Shown here piece by piece: positions 41,871-58,489 of a stretch of 64,000 bases of DNA. The notes beneath the pieces are model-generated. The model worked only from the letters and a program-made list of their open reading frames with translations. It ran no database searches and had not been told where the DNA came from. Positions within the stretch are counted from its first letter, which is position 1. Every line of letters starts with the position of its first letter. Both the position numbers and the translations under genes were made by a program. Source of the DNA: Eledone cirrhosa (Eukaryota); contig OZ024755.1 in the NCBI GenBank assembly GCA_964016885.1, positions 20,150,001 through 20,214,000 on the forward strand, given 5' to 3'.

Positions 41871-42319
41871 GGGGGCTGCCAACTCGTTTTCGAGTACGGC
41901 CACTACTTTATATGTAGGAGAACCCCTACTGATGCGCTAAACGAGTGTGACTGTTTAGTCCAACCAGCGACTTGAAAACTCTGGTACAAACACTACACTT
42001 GTGACAATTATTGACACAGTGCTGGGCCCATGGTACCATGTGACGACAAGTGAAGAGGGATCTCCAGATATAAATCAATGCCTGTGCTGTGAAGCTTTTA
42101 TAGTGAGCAAAGGCACTGCACAAAGTCAGTCTCACTCTCTTAACCGAGATGATATTTACCAAAAAAGAAGAACAAGTCAACATCATTGGATACCATCAGG
42201 GTTGCAGGTGTTATATCAGAGGTTTCCTTCTAGAATTCTGCCTTGACAAAGGATAAGGGGTCATCTCTCCCGGTGATTTTGGATGGCCATTGACTCTTAA
42301 GAACTCCTTTGCCTTTGAC
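41871..42319 (-). mobile_element. RTE-derived non-autonomous element (family R), longest copy
   Basis: The minus strand encodes [22 protein letters not shown], a C2H2 finger of the type ending many RTE ORFs, joined to a non-coding 5' part with no RT sequence between. Confidence 0.8.
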
Positions 42320-45000
<2,681 letters not shown>

Positions 45001-45242
45001 AGAGAAAGGGGGAGAAAGATATAGAGAGAGAAAAGAGAAAGAGAGGAGATGAGGAGAAACATGACTGTGAGTGAAGTCTGAAGCATTATCTTTGATTAAT
45101 AAAAATTGTGCAGAAACAACATACATAAATTAATATTCTAAACACAAATTATTTGAAATGGAAATAAATATTGTCAAGACACATACATACATACATACAT
45201 ACACACCGGAGCACGTATACTCAGATATACATGCGTATGCAC

Positions 45243-45470
45243 ATACATACATACATATAATCGAATAAAAGTAAGCACATACATACATTCATACAATTCA
45301 ATAAAAGTAAGCACATACATACATTCATACAATCGAATAAAAGTAAGCACATACATACATTCATACAATCCAATCCAATAAAAGTAAGCACATACTCATA
45401 GAATATAACAGGTGCAAGCACACATAGGCATACACAGATTCATACGATCAAATAAAAGTAAGCATATGCA
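45243..45470. repeat. ~36-bp tandem repeat, 4-5 copies
   Basis: ATACATACATTCATACAATCGAATAAAAGTAAGCAC. Confidence 0.88.
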
Positions 45471-45624
45471 CATACACGGATACACATACACATACATATA
45501 CACATGCACACACACCCTATGTATTTGCCTACATATATACATTAGTCTTTATTATTAACATAATTCCCATAAATCTTCATTTTATTATCTGTATATTTGT
45601 ATGCACATGCATTCATACACACAC

Positions 45625-45664
<40 letters not shown>

Positions 45665-45668
<4 letters not shown>

Positions 45669-45836
45669 AACGAGTAGGACCCCCACGGCTGAGCTCAAGC
45701 CGTTTCGACGGCTAATTCTGGACTAAACGGCTTGAGATCAGCTACTCGTTCCTATTACCCATTCTACTACGCTAAGTATTGAGTACTTTGGTGCGTTATG
45801 GTCCATCTGGTTCCGTACCACATTTATAGATCGTTA
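45665..45836 (+). mobile_element. Family C element, internally deleted
   Basis: Inverted arm 45665-45726, then a shortened forward arm and tail; flanked by (TA)n. Confidence 0.78.
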
Positions 45837-45929
45837 TATATATATATATATATTTAGTTATGTAATAAACAGAATTACTTCATTTACACACATATATATA
45901 TTGTGGTTACCCCGATTGAACCCGGAATA

Positions 45930-46010
<81 letters not shown>

Positions 46011-46012
<2 letters not shown>

Positions 46013-46444
46013 AGACGTAAGATAAGAAAATTATAAAATTAACTTACTTACTAAAATATCACTTCCAACTAATTAGTTTCTGGAATGGAGTAGATACATC
46101 TTCCGAAGAAGGTGTAGAGAAACATCCCGTCATCAGGAAAGTCAATTCTCATATAAGTTTCCAGGCAAAGCGAGGACACTGGAAGCTTATTAAAAAATAA
46201 ATCAGTGAATAGGAAATAGCAAAGCGTGGACTTACTTCCTAGCCATTGAGAAAATCACTGCCTCTGTGTCTGTGGCAAATTCAAAAAGAATCGAACACGT
46301 GTATCTACTCCATTCCAGAAACTAATTAGTTGGAAGTGATATTTTAGTAAGTAAGTTAATTTTATAATTTTCTTATTTTACGTCTCTTATATTATTGTTC
46401 TGCAACCCCATGCATTGAACCACAATGTTATTAAGACAAAACCT
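46011..46444. mobile_element. Family H: 88-bp inverted repeats (46011-46098 / 46300-46387) plus tail
   Basis: Near-perfect arms; the left end abuts a long (TA)n; the tail contains TTCTGCAACCCCATGCATTGAAC. Confidence 0.85.
46063..46140 (-). ncRNA. Putative type-I hammerhead ribozyme
   Basis: Reverse complement: TTTC-CTGATGA-C-GGGATG...CATTCC-A-GAAAC-TAATTA-GTT-GGAA. Stem III is the perfect palindrome AACTAATTAGTT, the triplet is GTT, and stem I is TTTC/GGAA. Confidence 0.6.
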
Positions 46445-46778
46445 ATATATTTGCTAGCATCGATATGCATTTGTATGTATATATATGTTACTAGATATAA
46501 ATTCTTTATTATATATATATATACAGAGAGAGAGAGTGAAAGAAAGCGGGGTAACCACTCTGCATCTCCCCATGCATTGTGTACTCCCATGATTAGTGGT
46601 CTCCCCGGTCTCAGCACCACAGGCTATATATATATATATATATATAAGAGTGTGTGAGTGTGGTTCAATGTTGTTTATGAAACTCTATATGCAATTATGC
46701 GAACTCAAGTTTGAGCCCACTGTACAGCTACTTGGTCATGTTAATTCCACACCTTTGTATTGACATAAACCTGAAGAT

Positions 46779-47100
46779 ACGGACTTAGATGAAACGGACT
46801 TAGATGAAACGGACTTAGATGAAACGACAGATCAGATGTCTCAAACTTGAAAAAAAACAGCTCAGATGACCTAAATATGAAAAGACAGATCAGATGACCT
46901 AAATATGAAAAGACAGATCAGATGACCTAAATATGAAAAGACAGATCAGATGTCCCAAATATGAAAAGACAGATCAGATGTCCCCAATATGAAAAGACAG
47001 ATCAGATGTCCCCAATATGAAAAGACAGATCAGATGTCCCCAATATGAAAAGACAGATCAGATGTCCCAAATATGAAAAGATTGGTCAGATGTCCCAACT
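46779..47100. repeat. 15-bp repeat x3 followed by 28-bp repeat x about 9
   Basis: ACGGACTTAGATGAA x3; ACAGATCAGATGTCCCCAATATGAAAAG with period 28. Confidence 0.93.
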
Positions 47101-47678
47101 ATAAACAATTAAAAAAAAAAAAACAATATATCATGCAAATGATCCCTAGACGCAATGTACAAAATTATGATGAAAGAAATAACTTGGAATATCCAGTACT
47201 TCAGTCGCAACTTGTCCCTAATAATTACCATCTCTAATCTGATCTAGTTAAGTAAGCAAACATTTCAGGGGCCCACAGACGGCAGAGCTTCCATCACTAT
47301 GTGTTCGACAAGAAATCTATCATAGTGCTGCTCGTACTTGGTTAGCATGCGATTTAAGCTCTGTTGGTCAACTGAGCCACAGTTGGACACCGATTTCAAT
47401 AGGTTACCACTAGAGAAAGAACCAGTACTATCGTCGACATAACTAAGTTTCCTCCCCACCCCTCAAAGTATGGGCCTTGTGCATAAATTAGAAAACATCA
47501 TCATCAACGCCGCCTTCCTTATCACCATCATCATCATCTTTCTTATTATTGTTTTCCTTTGATTTAGCTTTATATGCAATGCCTACCGAGTATCAATCAG
47601 ACAGAAGCATCGTATTATCATCATCATTATTATCATGAGTAGTAGTAGTAGTATCATCATGTTAATGATTTGCATATC

Positions 47679-47717
<39 letters not shown>

Positions 47718-48605
47718 ATATATTTTAATATGAAACACCAGCGTCCGTTTTGTTAGAACAAAATCTTTTAGATTGATTTATTTTAATTAAAAATATGATA
47801 AAGCTCTGGCGGATTATGGCCATCATTGATTTCATTGTTTAGAAGTAAGTTATCCTCTATTAGAAAATATTCTCATATATTCCCAGATAATACCTAATTA
47901 GGCTTGATTTATACATGCAAATTAAGCTGTTACTTCATAATATGAATTACTTTCTTTTATTAATGCCTTACTATCCTTTAATTTATGATGATCTTTTATC
48001 TATTTTGTGCTGTGCTGTTACTGTCTTATTTTCAAATCAGCTTTGATCGATGATATACGTTCTAACCGTAGCCACCCAGTATGTTTTTTGTTTTGTATGC
48101 CAGAAACTATATTTCCCAATCTAACACTTTTTTTTCTATTCTAAACAGTAAGTTGTTATTGAAACATAATTTATCTTATATCTCTTTGTTATACTACTTT
48201 CTTTCTTATACTTTCTTCTTATACTCTATTTTCCAATCCCTCTCTCAAACCAGCATCCAGTTCGCCATACACAGTCCCAAGTTCCATCTACTCTTACTAC
48301 CCCCTTGTACGTTTGTCCACACCCTATATTAAATATAAAATTTCTATTCAATCGGGTACAGCCATTCAAACTGCAATTACTCCCCGGCTTAGTTTCGTTT
48401 TAGACCTTTTCGTTTCTTAGTTTACTTTAAGATGTTTAACCAGAAACGTCAGATATTTTCTTCTTTTACTATTCGGCGTAAATACTTTCACATTAATAAC
48501 ATTGATTTCTTGTTACACTTCGATTTAAACTTCAAAATTGTAAGTGTACGCTCCCGTATTATAGTTGCGTCGTTTTTAAACACACAAATATATACGTTTA
48601 GTGAA

Positions 48606-48722
48606 GGCGTGTGGCTGAGTGGTTAGAGAATTGGATTCACAATCTTGAGGTTGTGAGTTCGATTCCTGGATCGGGCGATGCGTTATGTCCTTGAGCAAGA
48701 CACTTTATTTCACGTTGCTCCT
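48606..48722 (+). mobile_element. Second tRNA-derived SINE family (B): head and CORE-like segment
   Basis: TGGCTGAGTGGTTAG (A box), GAGTTCGATTCC (B box), then GTCCTTGAGCAAGACACTT. Confidence 0.8.
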
Positions 48723-49415
48723 TCTACCTGGAGTTGCGACCGATAGATAGTATTAGCAACTAGAAAGACCGACGAAAACATTGTTTCCGCAGGCCGATTT
48801 GACGAAAGTCGATCGATATATATAAATATATACACATATGTGTACCTGTGTGTGGGTGACTAAATTCTAGCTACATAATATAATTGTTTCTATTTTAGGA
48901 ACTAGCTACATAGGATAATAAATATTCATTTATAATGATGATACAGGAAAGAAATTGATTCACCAAACACCTCTGAAACTGCAGTTATGCAACCGGATGC
49001 ATACTTCAACAACGAAGGACTGGAGAATACCGGCTCTGACGTCAATTGCATACACTGAAAGTGTTCCAATTGAAGCCTATATACGTTTAAATAGCCGATA
49101 AAACGTATTTAAAAATATGTGCTCCAATATAGGAGAAGATATAGCAGCTAATAATTGCATTATTAATAGAAAGATTTAAAAGAATATTAAAGAAATAATT
49201 AAACTCTATTATCAGTTGATATTTAATTTTTTTAAGGGAACATTTAGGGTGCAATTGATCCAGAAAGAGGTTGAGTATATGTTCTGTAAAGCTATGAAAT
49301 CTTCTGGCGCAGAAAATGAATAAATACAAAAGGAAACCAAAATTAAATTAATGTATCGTAGAACAAACCTTTCTTTTCTTAGGTAGAATTATTTAGAGCT
49401 GCTCTCTCTCTCTCT

Positions 49416-49979
49416 CTCTGATTCTCTCTCACTCTGATTCTCTCTCACTCTGATTCGCTTTCACTCTGATTCTCTCTCACTCTGATTCGCTTTCACTCTG
49501 ATTCGCTTTCACTCTGATTCGCTTTCACTCTGATTCTCTTTCACTCTGATTCGCTTTCACTCTGATTCTCTTTCACTCTGATTCTCTTTCACTCTGATTC
49601 TCTTTCACTCTGATTCTCTTTCACTCTGATTCTCTTTCACTCTGATTCTCTTTCACTCTGATTCTCTTTCACTCTGATTCTCTTTCACTCTGATTCTCTT
49701 TCACTCTGATTCTCTTTCACTCTGATTCTCTTTCACTCTGATTCTCTTTCACTCTGATTCTCTTTCACTCTGATTCTCTTTCACTCTGATTCTCTTTCAC
49801 TCTGATTCTCTTTCACTCTGATTCTCTTTCACTCTGATTCTCTTTCACTCTGATTCTCTTTCACTCTGATTCTCTTTCACTCTGATTCTCTTTCACTGAT
49901 TCTCTTTCACTCTGATTCTCTTTCACTCTGATTCTCTTTCACTCTGATTCTCTTTCACTCTGATTCTCTTTCACTCTGA
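49416..49979. repeat. 16-bp minisatellite, about 35 copies
   Basis: Unit CTCTGATTCTCTTTCA, growing out of a (CT)n run. Confidence 0.97.
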
Positions 49980-50242
49980 ATTTTAATGAGTTAATGTACA
50001 TATGGGTGAGATAAACTTAATTTTATGTACACCTGGATTAACACAAAATACATCTATATATATATATATATATATACAGGGAGCATCAAAACGACTATAT
50101 TTCAAATGGATATATTTTGTAAACAAATGACCATTTCGTCATGCGGTAACTTCTACAACACATATCTGAATAGAAAATTGCATTCTTTGTTTTATAACTT
50201 TTACATATATATATATTATATACACACACATATATATATATA

Positions 50243-50373
50243 TAACGAAGGAAGTGTGGTAATGAACCAGGTGGACCATAACGAACCAGAGTACTCGATA
50301 CTATTATAATAGGAAAAGAGTCAGCTGTCGAAACGGCCGGAGCTCAGCCATCGGGGTCCTGACTCTTTTCCTA
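50243..50373 (-). mobile_element. Family C element, diverged
   Basis: Tail on minus plus forward arm GTCGAAACGGCCGGAGCTCAGCCATCGGGG...TTCCTA; flanked by TA. Confidence 0.75.
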
Positions 50374-50639
50374 TATATATAATAACTGTCTCTTCTTTTC
50401 AAAATAGGGCATATATACATACGAATATTATCGATACGATGTTAAATAGAGTTAAGTATATAAAAAAAAAAACGATGTGGATTCGAGATTCGAGTATTGG
50501 ATGCGACTAGATTAAGTGTTAATAATGTTAATAGCTAAGCGAAATATTGTATAACCTCAAGGTGTCGAGATATTTTCTTAAAGGGGATTTAGCATGTTGC
50601 GCAATTATAATAAATGTTAATTATAGGTTGAAGAAAAGC

Positions 50640-50848
50640 TGTGGAGTAGCAGTATCGGTAGTGCGTCGGACAACATACTTTACGGCATAGAGTTACATCT
50701 CTTTATGTCTTGAGTTCATATCCCACTGAAGTTAGCTTTATCTTACGGAGTCGATAAAATAAAGTACCAGTAAAGCACTGGGGTCGATTTAATCGACTTT
50801 CCCCTCCCCCAAAAGTGTTGGCCTTGTTCCTAAACCAGAAACCATTAT
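50640..50848 (+). mobile_element. SINE family A, long variant
   Basis: A and B boxes, core, GTCGATTTAATCGAC hairpin insert and tail. Confidence 0.85.
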
Positions 50849-50921
50849 AGGTTTAAGAGTTTGAAATTTGTGATGGTTTATAATTATTAAAGTGGTATTT
50901 ATGAAAACTATTAAGGAACGG

Positions 50922-51116
50922 CAGACCTGTCAAGTCCCCCTGCCCGATGGGGAGATCTCCCACCCACTTTGGGTGGGTGAGAGATGTCTTCTCTTGTGCA
51001 AATGAGTATAGCTTTCAGTATGTAAAATCTCCCCCATTTTGCCTAATTTCTGTCTGTTTTAGGGCTATTTTTTTCATGGTACTCCCCGTTTGGGTTTTTA
51101 GAGGTCGGCAGGTCTG
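50922..51116. mobile_element. 195-bp MITE, hAT-like TIRs, 6-bp TSD
   Basis: Ends CAGACCTGTCAA...TCGGCAGGTCTG; GAACGG at 50916-50921 and 51117-51122. Confidence 0.8.
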
Positions 51117-51237
51117 GAACGGTTAAAACAGTACATGAGTAAAATAAATAATACACTTTAAGGCGCACATAAATGAAATACGTCAGCATGCTAAAAATTT
51201 CTCATCTCCGTTACAAATTCATGATTTGAGTATTCAA

Positions 51238-51406
51238 AATAATTGTTTCTACTTTAGGCACAAGGCCAGCAATTACCCAGTGCATTACTGGTACTTTATT
51301 TTATCGACCCCGCAAGGATGAACGGCAAAGTCAACCTCGGCGAGATTTGAACTCAGATGCTGGAAAGCATGGCGTCCGACCCTCTACCGATACTGCCAAT
51401 CCACCG
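51238..51406 (-). mobile_element. SINE family A with internal deletion and 15-bp TSD
   Basis: AGTATTCAAAATAAT at 51229-51243 and 51411-51425. Confidence 0.9.
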
Positions 51407-52372
51407 CGCCAGTATTCAAAATAATGATACAAGATAATAACAGTTAGGCTATGTAACATAATAATTATAGTCTGTGTGAATATTATTATGGCGTCAAAAA
51501 AAGAATTATGTAGTTCGACTGGAGAAATAATGCGAAAAATATTTGTTTGAGACCATATTGTACAATTATATACAAAATAAATATGGCTTTTACTAGTTTG
51601 TGAAAATATAGCAACGATATGTGTTATCAAAATATTAGATCATTGGTAAAAGGAGATACAGGTTTCAGAATTTTGAAATGTTGACTAATTGAAGAGTATT
51701 GTTATATTTCTTTTTCTTTCGTAGTCCTAAATGATATGTTAGTTTAATGGTGGTAAAGTTACTTAAGGGTATAAGGTCGTCACCTCTATAAAGATTATCT
51801 TCAGTTTGGGAAAACTGGCTGTTAAATTATATGAGACATATAATACAAAAATCTCGTTAATCACATTTGAATATTTCGTACTGAGGCTGCCAACAAATAG
51901 TAGGTTATGATATATACTGTTGTCAAAATACACCTATCTGCGGGATATTGGTTTCCATACTAATGTATGGAACCAATTTAGTTAAAGACATTAAGAAACA
52001 GTCGTTTCGGTATAAGTTGATAGAACACTCTGGGAGAATTTTATATTTGTTTGTGAAGGATCGCATTCCTCAGGACTTGCTGTGGAAGGTTATGCAGGAG
52101 CATGGGATCGCTTGAGATCCAGCCTCATCAGTTGGAGACATGTTTGAAGGGTTTATTAGCCTAAAGGAGTTGTTTAGTTCAAAATTACATACACAATCTT
52201 CAATGGTGAATTATGAATGTATAATTATTATTGGTTACATTCTATCAGCAATTTCAAGATCAGAAGTTATTTCTTTTTACCAAGGGTGCAGATGTTATTC
52301 CAGAAATAAACTATAACATGGTCAAGAATGTTATAGTTTATTTCTGACATAAGTGTATTATTGAACTAGATA

Positions 52373-52452
52373 GCCTTACGGGGTCGATAAAATAAAGTAG
52401 CAGTAATGTACTGGATAATTGCTGGCCTTGTGCCAAAGTAGAAACAATTATT
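52373..52452 (+). mobile_element. 5'-truncated SINE family A with TSD
   Basis: TTATTGAACTAGATA on both sides (52358-52372 and 52448-52462). Confidence 0.85.
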
Positions 52453-53138
52453 GAACTAGATATAATTCTGTGGAATGTAGATTTATATATTTCAGATGGA
52501 AACATTCAAACATTGTTGAAAAAGTGTATGACATAGACAAATATACATACCGCGGATTTGTAGCCAACTCAATACGAAACGAATACCAGAAACCAAACAG
52601 GGATAATATTTATTAGATCAACAGCCAATACAGGTTACGCCATGTAAGTTTCTTGTAAATATCCTTTGATATGGTTCAGTTATGGTTCAATATGTGTAAC
52701 GGAATGGGACAAACAACAAACCAGTTAGGGACTATACAAAATAAGAGAATATCTGAATCGTAAAATTCTGTGAAATCATAAGCAGGGCCTGCGAGGTACA
52801 TGGACATTATTGTTGGTGCTTATTCTCTCTAGATTGGATGGTTGTTAAGAGTTATTCTTAAATAAATACGGCTAAAGTAGTTCTCCTCAAGGAATAATAT
52901 ATGGTTACAGTTTAAACAATTTCCTTTTCCAAAGTAGATGAGTTATTATGCTTCCAATTTCAACAACAGATTGTTTTGTTCCATCCATTGAATTACAGCA
53001 TGTAGCTAAGTGTGGAGGGTTAACTGGTCATCTGTGTATATAATACACACAACTATTCTATATCTACAAATGGGTATGTCATTGCCAAAATGCTATCTTT
53101 AAAATAGCCTATTAATGCTAGTATATACTGATGTTTCT

Positions 53139-53185
<47 letters not shown>

Positions 53186-53270
53186 TAGGTGAAGTCGTAT
53201 CAATTAGTGATTAGAGCGTAGGGTTCACTATTTCACTTGCTCAAGTTCACCCAACTGTAGAAATAAGTTT

Positions 53271-53456
53271 ACCCACCTACGGGTTAAATAGCCTCACCAA
53301 CCCACAATCGGCCGAGCGTGGTGAGTATGGCTACACCCCTGACATGACCAAAACCCCCAAAAATAAAAAAAATAAAAAAATAAAAAACAGAAAACGGCGG
53401 AGGTCAATGAGGGGGGGGGGGGGTCTTCCGGTAGGATTGAAAAGACCCTAGATTGA
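53271..53456 (+). mobile_element. Family T element
   Basis: Homologous to 559-775(-) and 62271-62443. Confidence 0.7.
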
Positions 53457-53589
53457 ATATATATACAGACACAAACACAACAAACACAAATAAATACAGA
53501 GAGAGAGAAATAGAGAGAGAAAGAGAGATACACACATACATACATACATACATACATACATACATACATACATACATACATACATACAT

Positions 53590-53900
53590 GGTGGCTGCCA
53601 ACTCGTTTTCGAGTACGGCCACTACTTTATATCTATGTAGGAGAACCCCTACCGATGCGCTGAACGAGTGTGACCCTTTAGACAAGCCAGCGACTTGAAA
53701 ACTCTGGTACAAATACTACACTTGTGACAATATTGACACATAGTGCTGGGCCCATGGTACCATGTGATGACAAGTGCAGAGAGATCTCCAGATATAAAGC
53801 AATGCCTGTGCCGTGAAGCTTTTATAGTGAGCAAAGGCACTGCACAAAGCCAGTCCCACTCTCTTAACCAGGATGATATTTACCAAAAAGAAAACCAAGT
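53590..53900 (-). mobile_element. RTE-derived non-autonomous element (family R)
   Basis: Encodes [22 protein letters not shown]; the 3' end runs into (GTAT)n. Confidence 0.8.
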
Positions 53901-55193
53901 CATACATACATTACACATTTCTGAGTACGTGCACATTTACATATGGCATTTAAAGAGAGAATAATAGCGTGAAAATATTGAACTACGTTATAGAGGTTGA
54001 ATGGAAATGTTCTGAGTTAGTGTATACAGGGTTCAAATAACACTTTTGACCTTCCCTGTTTTAGTACAGTTTCGTATTTATCGATTTCATGAATGTCGTC
54101 CACCATTACATTATTGTTCAATGTACACAGAATATCCATATCTCTTTCACAATCACATATATATATGACGCCTGTATAGACTCTTGTTAATATATCCATC
54201 GACAAACAGACTCAACTACAAATATATCTACATGCTTTCACGGAGACACATAAATGCACAAATAGGTAAGTACCTCTATATTTCAATAAATATATCTATA
54301 CATTACGATCAACATAAATTAATGTTGATTTAATTAGAGCATGCTCTAAAAGAAACTTATTGCTCATAGGAGGATAAAACTATGAATTTTCCACACCATA
54401 AATTAAGAAAAATTAGAGAAGCATTGTCGCAGTGATAGTATTTAGAACAGTGTAGAGCAGACAGTTACATTGAGAAAAATTGTATTTTTTGATATATTGT
54501 TTCAGTCAGTTCATTATATTCTAATTGAGATAGTCATGTTATTGATTGGATTAACAATTGTTTAAAGCTTGTTTGCAAGTGTAAACATGTCTTCTTTCAA
54601 CACTTACTGTGTGTTTGTTTTTTTTCCTTTTATTGTACACGACTAGCAGACGGAACACTACATAGAAAATGAAATATTGGAGCGATTTTCTCTTACCAAT
54701 ACCACGCCTAGGGATGCTGCACTACATGCAAATAATATTTTGTGAATTATTCTGTCTCACTGCTTACAACAATAAAATGTAATATTCGTTGCTGCCTTTT
54801 TACAGCTAGATAGATATGTATCAATTACAGACGAACAAATCTGCGCCATTTCGGGCGTTAAAGATATTAATTTTTCACCAAGTAAAACATAGATTGTCAA
54901 AGATGTTACTCTCCACTGCACTTACAGTTTTGTATATCAGTCTATCTTCCGTTTACTTGAAGATAAATGTTAAAAAACTTAGATAGGTTAGCTTAGTGTT
55001 AATAATAACTATTAAATACTTTTTCGTCGCTGGAAGAGCCCTCTTCAAAACATAAGAAATGAAGACATCCATCCAAGATGTTTCCTATTTCCCTTTCGTA
55101 TGACACCATAACATAATTCATCTCGACGTTTTAACCATTGTATGAAGGGGTCACTACTACTCTCATATATTCAGGACATTATATATGATAACA

Positions 55194-55229
55194 GGGCGGT
55201 GAATTGGCAGTATCGGTAGAGGGTCGGAC
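55194..55229 (+). mobile_element. SINE family A head fragment
   Basis: GGGCGGTGAATTGGCAGTATCGGTAGAGGGTCGGAC. Confidence 0.75.
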
Positions 55230-55274
55230 AATAAATTATATATTTTCGACATAAATTATATATAAACATATAAG

Positions 55275-55322
<48 letters not shown>

Positions 55323-56006
55323 TAAACACGCAAACACAGAACACAGATGCTTATAAATATGCCTCTGCATATCAGATATCACAAGCGATATTCAGTGTTA
55401 AACATGTTTATGGTAGAACACACTTTCCCTATCTTGCAAACATGTCTGCAGCGTTGACTCTCCTGGTTGGGAAAGGGATCTTTTAACAATAGGGTCATGC
55501 AGACCCAATTTATATTTTCGTTTCGGAATATTATTATCCAAAAAATCCACTGTTATTGTTATTTAATCAGAAATAATTTCTGTCACAATAGATACTGTAA
55601 AGAAACTGCCAAAATGTTCCTGTTTTATATATCCTACCCTCTACCAACAAATAAATATTGACCATTAATTTATTCTTCAACAAGTTTTTAATATACTTAT
55701 TTTTCACATGCACTTTAGTAGCCGTCAGAACATATAATAATTTTATATATTTTTTGTAAATACGAGTGTAGGTAGGCTGAAGATTTCACAGGCTGCCTGT
55801 GAAGAGGTGAAACTAGAGCTGTGAATTCTTGTCTTTTTTATTAATAACTGCATTGTTTCTTTCCAAGGACCATGTCGAAAAATATACCTCATTTAGTCAT
55901 TCCATGAGAGTATCTTGGTCAGCCTATGTACTTTTCAGCTAATCTTTTTTTTATTAAAAGATAAATTCGGAGACTCTTAATTCCATATTATTCAAGGTAT
56001 TCTGGT

Positions 56007-56188
56007 TAATAATTGTTTCTACTTTAGGCACAAGGCCAACAATTACCCAGTGCATTACTGGTACTTTATTTTATCGACCCCGTAAGGATGAAAGGCAAAG
56101 TCAACCTCGGCGGGATTTGAACTCAGATCGTAAAGGGACGTAACTATGCTGGAAAGCATGGTGTCTGACCCTCTACCGATACTGCCAA
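56007..56188 (-). mobile_element. SINE family A
   Basis: Full-length consensus match. Confidence 0.9.
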
Positions 56189-58489
56189 TAATGCTAACCA
56201 ATCAGAGTAGAGATCGCCAATCTAGTTTGATATCAGTAGTATGAAATCAAATTTCAAGATATCAAGTGGAATTGAGAAAAGGATGATTTTCTTATAAATA
56301 TCGAACCAAAATAAATTAAAAATAGTGATCCCTTTGAAAGAGATTAGTAAACAAGGCTGTTTCGTTGTTTACAAGAATACACACAAACTATTTTCCCGAT
56401 AGAATGTCCATTAATATTAAAGTGGTATAATTCGTATTTGTATTATTTTAAATATTTGTTCCTTAGATTTTTATCTTTCATTCCATGGAAAGAAAAATGT
56501 GGACAGCAATGCAAGCTAGAAATAAATGACTGACAAGGAGTGAAATGATTGCAATCACAAGCGATGAACGGTAAAGATAAAATTGGAATTGACAAGTAAA
56601 GAAGATGCAGCTGCAATTCCGAGTTGCTGTAAAATATCACTTCACTTTTTGCAATAGGAATTGACTGTGTAAAAATAACACGAACAGTGATATGCTGTAG
56701 TGATAATTTCATATGGTTCTCTTGTGAGAAAAGAAAACATGGCGATGTATAAGGCTGCTAATATGAAGATATTAATGAATGATCTGTACAATATATTCAG
56801 TGTCAACGAACGATTAAAGGCGATATTAAATATATTCTTATGGTGGTAAATACAATATGATTCCGGGAGAAATAAAGCACAGTTATCGTTTTAAATGGAA
56901 CTATCCATTTCTTATTAAACGTTATTCATTGTTAATGATGACTGCCCATAATTTTGGTAAGGCCTTCCATAAAAGTAACTGATGGAGATGATTAATCAAT
57001 GCTTATAATCGAATAAGTTCCAATGTAAACGATGAAGAACCATGTTATGGTGGTAAATAGGATGATGCATTAGATGTTAATGCCATTTTATATCAACTTC
57101 GTATTTCATTCCACAATCCTGGCAAAATAGCAACCTTTATTTATATATAAAAATGTACCATACCAACTCTCCTGGTAATTATCGACATTTAATCAGAGCG
57201 TATATATCTCATATCATATTATCTAAGAGAGTGGTTTGGGAAATATTTTACTACAATTCTTAGACAAGGTTGTGCGAAATACACATTATAAATAGAGAGA
57301 ATACATTTAAACATGGGCTAGATCTATCAAGGGTGACCGGATGACAAACAATAAGAACTAATGTTTGAAAGATAACCAGAGCCTTTAACTAAAATGACGA
57401 TAACGTTTATAAATATTTAGGAATAAGGGTTTTAGTAGCTATAGAATATACTTTATACTACAACAATTATGGAATAGTTATCTAATATATTAGACATCAA
57501 AATGTGTAACATAATACCAATGGAGGTAAACATTATTTGCCTAACTAATGTTATTTCTGGCTACTTGATTGCACGATACCAGCATATAATAATTATAAGT
57601 CTATTAAGAAATCCTAAGATATAGTAAGAGAAGCCATAAATATTTCCGCATTAGAAGTGAAGATTGAAAACATGACTCATGATATGCATAGAAATATAAT
57701 TTGTAATGTGGTTCTCATTTGTATTATAAAAGCTCACAAAATTGGGGGTTATTTAAAATATAAACCCGGAAGTAGTTACTAATGAACGGAGAGAAAAATG
57801 TCTTGAAATTAATTATCTGTTTTTCCCTGCTTGAGAGAATATTTATTTTTAATCTCGGACAAAACTGTTTAATAGAATATATATATATATATCTAACATA
57901 TTACTGTCTGTCTGTATATTCCAGCTTGATCATGCATTAACCCCGCTTTGTTTGCGTTTGGCTTGTATTGATGTGGTGACTGTCTATGTGCAGGTTTAGC
58001 ACCCCTGGTCCACGTAATTCCGTAACCTACTAGTATACCCTGATTATGTATACTATGGGGAGGAATAAAATCTCCTTTGGACTTTCTGAAGGTACCTTAG
58101 AGTAATAAAAATACTAAGAGGCTCCTAAGTCATGGAAAACTAAATCACCTGTTCTATATAGTGACCAACGCATAACTTCCTCTGGCTTTTGTGTGCTTTA
58201 ATTTTTTATTATTATTTATTTATCTTTTTACTATTATTTTTCTATTTTTTTAACTATCGTTAAATGCTTCATTTGTTTCTGTGTGCCCTCACGTGCTTCC
58301 GCCTCTTGTGAGAAAATCTGCCTATATCCTCATATGTAGTTGTAATGTTGAACAACAACAACCCCATTACGCATTCTCTCCATCCTTTCAATTTCCCATC
58401 TCCCTCTTATTATCCTGTACTATATATCTAATGTTAATGTGACTCAGCTTGGTAGAGCTTACACTCAGCACTGTATTTTTGTTTATAAA

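Noticed and set aside
41926-42186. Host C2H2 zinc-finger gene
   Set aside because: A single finger inside a dispersed repeat present three times, with frame disruptions between copies; better explained as an RTE 3' end.
48606-48675. tRNA gene
   Set aside because: A and B boxes are present but the acceptor stem is poor, there is no adjacent poly-T terminator, and the sequence continues into a SINE body also seen at 60011.
52301-52346. 19-bp-arm hairpin (also AT palindromes at ~29995-30065 and ~59975-60010)
   Set aside because: Short, AT-rich and single; no TSD or family evidence, so not interpretable as terminators or elements.
51640-57760. Very old LINE remnants (51640-53000, 56200-57760; also 14600-15250)
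   Set aside because: Only isolated motif-like words (for example KQGC, QHGF, IPVYK); I could not build collinear support, so no family is called.
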